Part shown: positions 19,848 through 27,583 of the stretch, piece after piece
How the letters are laid out: each line of letters starts with the position of its first letter
Position numbering within the stretch: position 1 is the stretch's first letter
Source: Thermoproteota archaeon
Lineage (GTDB): Archaea; Thermoproteota; Thermoprotei_A; Sulfolobales; Ignisphaeraceae
Length of the DNA stretch: 64,000 nt
Reading direction: 5' to 3'
Assembly: GCA_030550585.1 (NCBI GenBank)
Contig: JAUQPB010000001.1
Location: 448,001-512,000, forward strand
Notes under the pieces: generated by a model
Database searches by the model: none
Told to the model about the DNA's origin: nothing
What the model saw: the letters and a program-made list of their open reading frames with translations, nothing else
Translations under genes and position numbers: made by a program

Positions 19848-20462
19848 CTACTGTTTTTGCTGGGCTCTAACAGCGTATATGTCTAGAATTCCTTTGAATA
19901 TGCTTCTCCTCTCGACTCTGTATCCAAATGGCTCTAGCAGGCCCTCTATAAACGTTGATATTAGTTTCATTAGCTCTGCTGGTATTTGTGGAGAGACGCA
20001 TCTAACTCTTATCCCATCCCCCTCGTTCTGTATTACAAGGTCTACGAACTCCCATCTAATCTCCTTTAGTATCTTCTCGAGGTGCTGTATGGTTGATTTG
20101 CTGTCTTTGAAGTTTTCTCTAAATCTAATTGTTATGTATTCTCCGTACCACCTTCCAGCCTCTCTCCACAGCCTTTCAACCTCTTCTAGATCTTTTGGGC
20201 TGAGCTTTGAGGTCATGGCTATCAGAACATCTATTGGTATGAGTGTTTGCCCAGCGCTTCTATTGGCCTTTAGAATCTCGTAGGAGTCTAGAACATCTCT
20301 TAGGGTTACACCCATCGACTCTGCTCTGATGGTCTGCTCAATTATCTCGTTTGTTAGAGAATATAGGGTTGAACCTCTCTTCCTGGCTATGAGGCTGAGA
20401 GAGTTTACAAGGTCTTCTCTTGCAACAAGAACCTTTCTCTTCTGGGATGCCTCAGAGCTCAA
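19848..20462 (-). CDS. Hypothetical protein, putative RHH-type regulator with C-terminal ligand-binding-like domain
   Basis: N-terminal strand-helix-helix pattern RKVLVAREDLVNSLSLIARKRGSTLYSLTNEII; function inferred. Confidence 0.55.
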   Translation of the reverse strand: MSSEASQKRKVLVAREDLVNSLSLIARKRGSTLYSLTNEIIEQTIRAESMGVTLRDVLDSYEILKANRSAGQTLIPIDVLIAMTSKLSPKDLEEVERLWREAGRWYGEYITIRFRENFKDSKSTIQHLEKILKEIRWEFVDLVIQNEGDGIRVRCVSPQIPAELMKLISTFIEGLLEPFGYRVERRSIFKGILDIYAVRAQQKQ

Positions 20463-20542
20463 AACTTTTCACTGACAAAAGCTGTTGTTGTGAGGGATAT
20501 AAAGGCTTCTGCAGGTAATACTAGGCGGGCACGCTCATGGCC

Positions 20543-21070
20543 TTAGTCTCTCCCAGCTATCTCCCTAATCCTCTCAACACCTCTGATCTCATCTATGAAC
20601 CTGGCCACAGCTTTTGGCACAAGCTCTCTCCACCTATCATCGCCTAGAAGCATCATTGTTCTTATCTTTGTCGAGCTATACACATCTCTGTTGTATGCTG
20701 GCGGCACAAGAACTTCGTAGCCAGCCTCCTTGAAGAGCCTCACAACAAGCGGGTTTCTGGCAATGCCGTATCTGAATGGGGGTACATACATAGCTACATA
20801 CTTCACCCAAACAACATTCATTAGAATGTCTGGCACAGGTATTATGAAGATTCTCGAGAGGTCTACACCAGCCTCTCTAAGAGCCTCTCTAACCATTACA
20901 ACTCTTTCGCCAGCTGTGAAGGGGTTTGATAGCGTGTGGCTTTCCTGGGCAGTCCCAATCACTATTATAAGCTCGTCAACTTTCTCAAGAGCCCATTTAA
21001 CGACGTTTACATGGCCCCAGTGAATTGGCTGGAACCTGCCTGGGTAAACACCTCTCTCAACCATTTTCAA
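20543..21070 (-). CDS. nadM: Nicotinamide-nucleotide adenylyltransferase
   Basis: GRFQPIHWGH, SHTLSNPFTAGER, SSTKIR. Confidence 0.93.
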   Translation of the reverse strand: MKMVERGVYPGRFQPIHWGHVNVVKWALEKVDELIIVIGTAQESHTLSNPFTAGERVVMVREALREAGVDLSRIFIIPVPDILMNVVWVKYVAMYVPPFRYGIARNPLVVRLFKEAGYEVLVPPAYNRDVYSSTKIRTMMLLGDDRWRELVPKAVARFIDEIRGVERIREIAGRD

Positions 21071-21142
21071 AATCGCCTAAGAGCCTTTTTCCCAGGTTTT
21101 TTGTGTGGAAAAGAAAAAAGTGTTTTGCTTTGGTGAAAAAGA

Positions 21143-22189
21143 TTGATTGTTGTTGACGGCAGTTTTGGGGAGGGTGGTGGACAGATACTTAGAACAGCAA
21201 TAGGTTTGTCAGCCGCTCTTGGTAAGTCAGTTAAAATAATTAATATAAGGGCTAGGAGAAGCAACCCAGGTTTGCAGCACCAGCATCTAACAGCTGTTAA
21301 GGCTCTTGCCCAAATCTCTGGTGCGAGGGTTGAGGGGGCTTATATAGGCTCTACACAGCTTGTCTTCGAGCCAAGGGGCTTGAGAGGAGGTGAATATGTG
21401 TTCGATGTTGGGACAGCCGGTAGTGTAACACTTGTTCTACAAGCACTCACACCTGTGCTACCGTTTCTAGATAGGGAGAGTGTTATAGAGATTAGAGGGG
21501 GTACAGACGTGCCCTGGAGCCCACCAATAGACTACATAAAATATGTATTCATACCGATTGCAAAGAGGCTTGGGCTAGACATGGAGGTAGAGCTCATTAG
21601 AAGGGGCCACTACCCAAGGGGTGGCGGAATCATAAAGGTATATGTTCGTCCATCCAAAAAGCTAAGCGCTGTAGAGCTCATAGAGAGGGGATCTATAAAG
21701 AGGGTTGGCGGTAGGTCACACTGTGTCAAGCTCCCAAAGCATGTTGCTGAGAGACAGGCTAAAGCTGCTAGAGACAGTCTATCGCATCTCTCTATACCAA
21801 TAGACATTGAGCTAGAGTTTTATGAGCCTGGCAGAGACCCTCATCTAGGCCCTGGCAGTGGTATTGTGCTGTATGCAGAGGCAGACAAAAGTGTTTTGGG
21901 GGCTGATGCAATTGGTGAAAAGGGGAAGCCCGCTGAGGCTGTTGGTAGAGAAGCTGCTGCAAAACTGTTAGAGGAGATTGAAAGTGGGGCTGCGCTAGAC
22001 AGTCACATGGGGGATATGATAGTCTCTCTAGCTTGTCTAGCAAATGGTGTCACAAGGTATACAACATCTAAGCTAACGCTGCACACGGAAACTGTTCTGA
22101 AGATAGCCAAGGACATTGCTGGATGTGATTACATGGTTCTAGACTATGGCAAGGCAAAACTCGTTGAGGTGAGGGGTGCGAGAGCTTGA
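21143..22189 (+). CDS. rtcA: RNA 3'-terminal phosphate cyclase
   Basis: DGSFGEGGGQILR, GGTDVPWSP, RGHYPRGGG, LTLH. Confidence 0.96.
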   Translation: MIVVDGSFGEGGGQILRTAIGLSAALGKSVKIINIRARRSNPGLQHQHLTAVKALAQISGARVEGAYIGSTQLVFEPRGLRGGEYVFDVGTAGSVTLVLQALTPVLPFLDRESVIEIRGGTDVPWSPPIDYIKYVFIPIAKRLGLDMEVELIRRGHYPRGGGIIKVYVRPSKKLSAVELIERGSIKRVGGRSHCVKLPKHVAERQAKAARDSLSHLSIPIDIELEFYEPGRDPHLGPGSGIVLYAEADKSVLGADAIGEKGKPAEAVGREAAAKLLEEIESGAALDSHMGDMIVSLACLANGVTRYTTSKLTLHTETVLKIAKDIAGCDYMVLDYGKAKLVEVRGARA

Positions 22190-22306
22190 ATACAGATTAC
22201 CACGTTTTTGTAGAGCCTCTAACCAGTTGCAGCTAGCGCTAAATCGACGGCTTTAGCCCTTGGTTTCTTTGCAGAATTTAGATGCGTTGTACGAGTCTAC
22301 AGCTTC

Positions 22307-22492
22307 CTATCTAACCCTAACCCTGTTATACTTCTTGTTTTGCCAGCTGTACCTCCTCATCCTACTCGATCTGCCAAAGCCACAAGCCGCGCAATAGCCT
22401 TTAGAAACATTGTATGCCACTCTTCCACATCTTCTACACTTTATGTGTGTAACTTTCTTGCTTCTCTTGCCCATTGAAGGCGTTCCTTTCAC
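22307..22492 (-). CDS. rpl37e: 50S ribosomal protein L37e
   Basis: [21 protein letters not shown]. Confidence 0.96.
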   Translation of the reverse strand: MKGTPSMGKRSKKVTHIKCRRCGRVAYNVSKGYCAACGFGRSSRMRRYSWQNKKYNRVRVR

Positions 22493-22504
22493 CGTTTACC
22501 ACCT

Positions 22505-22738
22505 CTACATAGGCGATATAACAACTATGTTCTCTCCCCTTATGAGTACAGTCCCAAGTCTCCTCCAATTGCCATCGCTAAGCTCTTCCTCAGCATCGTC
22601 CAACACAATGTTTAGATGTAGGTCGTAGCTTCTCAGCCTACCCCTTATAGACTTGCCACCTCTAAGCTTTATCAAAACGAGTTGCCCTAGAGACTCAGCC
22701 AATATCTTATGCGATGTATCGATTTGCTGGCTACTCAT
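22505..22738 (-). CDS. Sm-like archaeal protein (SmAP1)
   Basis: GRLRSYDLHLNIVL, IRGENI; adjacent to rpl37e. Confidence 0.95.
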   Translation of the reverse strand: MSSQQIDTSHKILAESLGQLVLIKLRGGKSIRGRLRSYDLHLNIVLDDAEEELSDGNWRRLGTVLIRGENIVVISPM

Positions 22739-22825
22739 AGCTATTTCCTCTTATCGCTAGCTTAGTCGAGGTAGAGTTATAAGCTTTATTCGCCTTAATA
22801 GCTATGACATCACACATCATGTTTT

Positions 22826-23350
22826 ATGTGGGCAGAGACCATGATAATAGGAGTTATGAGCGATTCTCATGACAATCTAGATGCTGTTGCAAAAGCCCTT
22901 GAAATACTCAGAAAAAGCGGTGTTGAGGCCATAATACACCTTGGCGATGTGATATCCCCCTTCACACTATTGAAAATACTGGAGTATCCGGGGAAGATAG
23001 TGGTTGTTCTAGGAAACAACGACGGAGATACAATTACACTTAAAGAGCTTGCCTTAAAAGCTGGAGCAACACTGAAGAGGGAGATTCACCAGATAGAGGT
23101 CTCCGGAAAAAGGTTCTTCTTGATGCATGGATTTGGAGATGCTGAGCAGACAAAGGCTGTTGCAGAGGCGATGGCCCTAACAGGAAAATACGACGTTGTT
23201 TTATATGGACATACACATAAAGTTGATGTGAGGCAAATTGGAAAGGCACTTGTTTTGAATCCTGGGGAGGTTTGCGGCTATCTAACAAATAGAAGAACTG
23301 TTGCAATATTGAATACAGAGACATTAGAATATAGCATAATAGAATTTTGA
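22826..23350 (+). CDS. Metallophosphoesterase (YfcE/MJ0936 family)
   Basis: SDSHDN, HLGD, GNND, HG, GHTH, NPG. Confidence 0.92.
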   Translation: MWAETMIIGVMSDSHDNLDAVAKALEILRKSGVEAIIHLGDVISPFTLLKILEYPGKIVVVLGNNDGDTITLKELALKAGATLKREIHQIEVSGKRFFLMHGFGDAEQTKAVAEAMALTGKYDVVLYGHTHKVDVRQIGKALVLNPGEVCGYLTNRRTVAILNTETLEYSIIEF

Positions 23351-23398
23351 TATAGAGTTTTTTAACCGCAAAACAAGTAACACAACAATGTAATGGGT

Positions 23399-23491
23399 GG
23401 CCGCGGTAGCTCAGCCTGGTTAGAGCGCGGGACTGTGGGGCTAAAATGCGCAGAGATCCCGAGGTCCCGGGTTCAAATCCCGGCCGCGGCC
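23399..23491 (+). tRNA. tRNA-His(GTG) with 17-nt intron (23439-23455) at 37/38 and encoded G-1
   Basis: Cloverleaf after removing GGCTAAAATGCGCAGAG; BHB with central helix CTGT/GCAG; C73. Confidence 0.93.
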
Positions 23492-23547
23492 CTCTAAAAA
23501 TGGTTCACTTTCAATGCAAAAATGTTACGTGTAGGTGGTGAATAGAC

Positions 23548-23757
23548 ATGGCAAGCTATAAAAAGTATAAAGAGGCTCTAGAAAAGCTTGGATTAAGACA
23601 GCTAGATATCTATAGATACAAGGATAAAGATGTTCTAAGAGTTCAAAGGATACAAGATGGCAAGGTGTTGCTGATAGAGCTTCCAAGACGCAGAGATGAG
23701 ATGAGCTTAGATGAGTATATAAACTATGTGAAGTCGAAGGCTATTCAAACCAAATAG
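23548..23757 (+). CDS. Small hypothetical protein (69 aa)
   Basis: Strong SD (GGTGGTGA), T-rich terminator after stop, globular composition. Confidence 0.75.
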   Translation: MASYKKYKEALEKLGLRQLDIYRYKDKDVLRVQRIQDGKVLLIELPRRRDEMSLDEYINYVKSKAIQTK

Positions 23758-23761
23758 TTTT

Positions 23762-23838
23762 TGTGCCCCGCCTAACCGATCTCTCCACATCTCCATCCCC
23801 ATCAACGGGTCTTTAAGAGAGACGTGAGGTAGCGGGGC
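23762..23838 (-). ncRNA. Candidate H/ACA pseudouridylation guide RNA
   Basis: GCCCCGC/GCGGGGC lower stem followed directly by ACA; internal pocket; GUCUCUC/GAGAGAU upper stem; 14 nt from pocket top to ACA. Confidence 0.7.
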
Positions 23839-23940
23839 CAAGCACAAAACTCTTCTCATAGCTAATAAAACTTAATCAAAGTTGTTCCACTTTAATTTCA
23901 TTGAATAAAAAACTGTTTAAGAATTTTGGTGGGGCCGTTT

Positions 23941-24017
23941 TGGTAGCGGGGGGTGGATTTGAACCACCGACCTCGGGGTTATGAGCCCCGCGGGCTGCCA
24001 GGCTGCCCTACCCCGCT
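23941..24017 (-). tRNA. tRNA-iMet(CAT), CCA encoded
   Basis: AGCGGGG...CCCCGCT-ACCA; A1-U72 pair; consecutive G-C pairs in the anticodon stem. Confidence 0.96.
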
Positions 24018-24083
24018 ATTTCACGGCCCCATTTCTCACATATTCTGTTTTTGTGCCTAAAAAGTGTTTTGTTTCGTTGAGTT

Positions 24084-24731
24084 TCAAGCTATTGATATGA
24101 GGCGGTTTAAGCTTGTTGATTGTTTTAGCTCTAGCAGCTTTGGCTTTATATACTTTATCCTATTCTTTAGCGTTGCAACAAGTCTGTGCATGTGTATTCT
24201 ACTTATAGACGCCTCTTTAGCTATCTTATTGATGTCTGCTTCTCCGTATAGTATAATATTCTTTAGAATGAGTGCGATGGCTACTTTGCTTCTAAAGGTT
24301 CTAGATGATAGTATGGGATCCTCATCTATTATCTCGAGAATTCTTTTCAGCAAATGATCTCCCTCAACAATTTTTTCAAGGTTTTGGTCAGAAATATGTC
24401 TGTATACCCTAGCCTTGCCCCCAGCTAAAACAGTTCTTAATGCGTGTAGATCAACTCTAATATCATTGTTTCGGGCTCTGCTCAGATATTTTTCATACAA
24501 TCTAATCTCTTTGTTGAGTCGTCTAAGCTTTGATGCATATTGAGAGCTTCTCTTAAGGTTCAGAGCTTCTCTGGTAGTAGGCTTGGAATACTCCCATTCA
24601 TCGCTACTTGCAACACCTATGAACTGCTCTATGAATATGGATTCTATAACTGTTCCACAGTTTCTGCAAACTGTGTAACCCTTCTCGAAATCAAATGCAA
24701 CATCTTGGGAGTTGCAATATGGGCAAATCAT
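24084..24731 (-). CDS. TFIIB-type Zn-ribbon protein, truncated TFB paralogue (TFB3-like)
   Basis: MICPYC...VCRNCGTVI; degenerate C-terminal cyclin/HTH-like segment; start placed at MICPYC. Confidence 0.65.
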   Translation of the reverse strand: MICPYCNSQDVAFDFEKGYTVCRNCGTVIESIFIEQFIGVASSDEWEYSKPTTREALNLKRSSQYASKLRRLNKEIRLYEKYLSRARNNDIRVDLHALRTVLAGGKARVYRHISDQNLEKIVEGDHLLKRILEIIDEDPILSSRTFRSKVAIALILKNIILYGEADINKIAKEASISRIHMHRLVATLKNRIKYIKPKLLELKQSTSLNRLISIA

Positions 24732-24837
24732 TTTCTTATACCAATTTTTGGAGAAGCTGTACAAGTTTATAAAATGGTATGTAAAGGTCAATTCATACAC
24801 AGTGTCTGCAGACCGAAACTATTCATATACGATTAAA

Positions 24838-24892
24838 AATCAGTATTCATATGCATCATCACAAATACAGTAGGAGATCCCTCATCATCTAG
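24838..24892 (-). ncRNA. C/D box methylation guide sRNA
   Basis: ATGATGA-GGGATCTCCTA-CTGT-ATTT-GTGATGA-TGCATATGAATA-CTGA: boxes C, D', C', D with 11/12-nt guides. Confidence 0.85.
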
Positions 24893-24951
24893 TTGAAATC
24901 CTATGAATAAAACCACTTAAAAGTTTTGGTAGCAACATATCCAGAACCTGG

Positions 24952-25722
24952 GTGAAGAGTGTGAGCTTGTCTTTTACAATACAGCCAGCAGTAGTCTTTT
25001 CGTATCCTAGCGCAAAAGATTTTACAAATATCCTGAAAACGCTTTCGGAAATAGTTGACGAGGTTCTCTTCAAAGTCAGCGAAAAGGGTGTAAATGTGAA
25101 GGCTCTTGACCCAAGCAGAGTGGCCATGATATCCATCACACTTCCTGCAGAGTCTTTCCAAGAATTTAGAGCTGAAAAAGAGTTGAGCATAGGTTTGGCA
25201 GTCGGAAATCTAACAAAGATTTTGAAGCAGTTGAAGAAAGGCGACAAGCTTACTATAGGGGCTAATGAAGAGAGCGTCGAAATATTGGTTGAGGGGGCTT
25301 CGATGAGGAGATACAAGTTTAGAAATATTGAGGTTGTGGAAGAGGAGATACCTGAGCTCTCACCCCAGTATGATGTAGAGGCATCGGTACTATCATCACC
25401 ATTTAGAACAGCTTTATCGGAACTAGCATCAGTTACAAGCACAATAGGAATCACAGCAACGCAAGATGCTTTGACATTGCTGGACTTCGACTCAAAGAGA
25501 AGCACATACAAGCTAACCACAGCCTCGGGAAACGTTATATCGTTGAATGTGAAAAAAGAGAATGTTGTGGGTGCTTACGATAGTGAGTATGTAGCAAAAA
25601 TCGAGGATATTCTAAGACTCAGCAACATTATTGATGTAAAGTTTGGTTCTGAAGCACCTCTCTACATATCAGCAGAGTTTTCTGGTGGAAAAGCAGAGTA
25701 CTATCTAGCTGCAAAGATCTAG
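24952..25722 (+). CDS. pcn: DNA sliding clamp PCNA paralogue
   Basis: ALDPSRVAMI, FGSEAPL, EYYLAAKI. Confidence 0.9.
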   Translation: MKSVSLSFTIQPAVVFSYPSAKDFTNILKTLSEIVDEVLFKVSEKGVNVKALDPSRVAMISITLPAESFQEFRAEKELSIGLAVGNLTKILKQLKKGDKLTIGANEESVEILVEGASMRRYKFRNIEVVEEEIPELSPQYDVEASVLSSPFRTALSELASVTSTIGITATQDALTLLDFDSKRSTYKLTTASGNVISLNVKKENVVGAYDSEYVAKIEDILRLSNIIDVKFGSEAPLYISAEFSGGKAEYYLAAKI

Positions 25723-25755
25723 CGCAAAGCAGGATATATTTGTATTGCACCCCTC

Positions 25756-26982
25756 CTACTGCTGTGTGTTTGAATCCATGTTTTCCCCAGTTGCCAAATC
25801 CTTATCGATTGTAGCGACCTTTTTGCCAATGCCCATAGCAACTCTATAAGGATACTGAACAGGGTTTCTAATACCGCATTCCCATTTGCACATACCCAAA
25901 GTTTTCATAGTGCTGCAACTATAGGTTAGATACTTCTTTTTCGAACCCCTTAAACCAGCTAAATGCTCTATCTGATACTTTGTTATCCTTTCGTTGAAGT
26001 CTGGACTACGTCTAAAGAGATCGATTAAAATTTCTTGAGGAACACCAATATTTATTAAGAATGTTGCTAAAGCAAATCGTTGATGATGTGACAGATTCTC
26101 TCCTCTGCTCAAATATTCCATAATATCTCTTATACATGGTGGGAATAACTTCTGTGCAACTCTATACAAATCTTCAACGCTATTAATATTCTCAAAATGG
26201 TATCTAGTTGAAGATGCCATCAAATTAGATTGGCTATCAACAGTCTTTTCCTCAGCACCAAACCCACCTGCTTTTACTGCGTCTCTAATTTTTTCACTAC
26301 TTTGTGTTGAGTCGAGTAAACTCTTTACTTGTTGACAAGAGTCTGAAAGCAGACGCAGTTTAGTTGTTAGGGAGCTCCTCAAATACTCTATTATTAGGCG
26401 TATAACCCTGTCTCTTCTATCAATATACACATAACCTTTTGAAATGGGGTAGGATATTATTCTCCAGCTCTCCTCCGTTAGAAGGTTTCTAGCCATTCTA
26501 ATATAGTCAACAAAATGGATTCTATATCTATAGCAAAGCTTTGTAATAACATATTTACCTCTCCTCATGGTCACATACGTAGAACTGGCGAAGCACTTAT
26601 CATTAAAATCTGCGTTAATTCCAAGTGATTTGACAAAGTCTATAAGTGCATCGTCGCTATAGCTACTCAACTCGTTAGCGACAGTATCAAGAACCTTGTG
26701 AACAGCCTTGCTAATGTGAACACCACTACCATATAGCGAGATGGCTATTAGCGAGGCAGTCAAATGGTATTCCTTCACATTTTCAGAAAGACTGTGGTTC
26801 TCATTGTCTTCCACAAGTCCATTGAGAAGACCATTCCCTAAAGCCTCTTCAATACTGTCCATGAAAATCTTTGTATCGTCTAAGAACAGATTCTTCAAGA
26901 TCTCTTTACATGAGTTGGCGTTTATCAGCATTAAAATAAGTTTAGCTATGCTCATTATATTCCTCAAACCTCTTTGACACAC
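25756..26982 (-). CDS. priL: DNA primase large subunit
   Basis: FPPC, HHQRFALATF, PDFNERITKYQIEH, YSCSTM..GMC..EC (Fe-S ligands); start perhaps MSIAK. Confidence 0.9.
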   Translation of the reverse strand: MCQRGLRNIMSIAKLILMLINANSCKEILKNLFLDDTKIFMDSIEEALGNGLLNGLVEDNENHSLSENVKEYHLTASLIAISLYGSGVHISKAVHKVLDTVANELSSYSDDALIDFVKSLGINADFNDKCFASSTYVTMRRGKYVITKLCYRYRIHFVDYIRMARNLLTEESWRIISYPISKGYVYIDRRDRVIRLIIEYLRSSLTTKLRLLSDSCQQVKSLLDSTQSSEKIRDAVKAGGFGAEEKTVDSQSNLMASSTRYHFENINSVEDLYRVAQKLFPPCIRDIMEYLSRGENLSHHQRFALATFLINIGVPQEILIDLFRRSPDFNERITKYQIEHLAGLRGSKKKYLTYSCSTMKTLGMCKWECGIRNPVQYPYRVAMGIGKKVATIDKDLATGENMDSNTQQ

Positions 26983-27457
26983 ATGCTATTATCTCTTCTT
27001 CAGAAGCTCTATCTAAATTCTTGCAACACACAGAAAAGGCTCTGACTATTCGGCTGATCTGTTCAGAGAGCTCAGCAAAACTTTCGTTGTGTATGCAAAC
27101 TGTTTTAGAGTTGGCATCGCTTTTTTCAATACTAATTAAGAGTATGGGATTTATGGGGGGATCTGGAATATTCTCAAACGGTTTTCTACTGCCTAAATAG
27201 ATCCATTTCACTCTCGAGTTCACAGTCTCTATCCTATACCAATATCTACCAAAATAGTAGTATGTCTTCAAACCAGTGGCACTCTTCTTCACAACGATGT
27301 GCATAGGCTTTAGATAAACCCCATAGCTTTTAATCATCCTATTATACTCATACAGCTGGATTCTATATAGATCAAGAAGATAGTTTACCATTAAAGACAT
27401 GCAGTCTCTATCGAGGCACAGCCTAGGCGAAGAAATTGAGGCCAAGATTAACCACAC
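26942..27457 (-). CDS. Hypothetical protein with aromatic/basic beta motif, overlapping priL start
   Basis: YLKPMHIV..YYYFGRYWYR..VKWIYLG. Confidence 0.65.
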   Translation of the reverse strand: MWLILASISSPRLCLDRDCMSLMVNYLLDLYRIQLYEYNRMIKSYGVYLKPMHIVVKKSATGLKTYYYFGRYWYRIETVNSRVKWIYLGSRKPFENIPDPPINPILLISIEKSDANSKTVCIHNESFAELSEQISRIVRAFSVCCKNLDRASEEEIIACVSKRFEEYNEHS

Positions 27458-27583
27458 AATCAGAGTGCTTATATTTCAGAAAAATAATAAGGTGTGCCTC
27501 GGATTGCCTAACAATTCTCAAACATGTTAAACTTTATACAAATCAAAGGCCTGAGCAGAATCAAAATCCGCGCAATATTCGTT

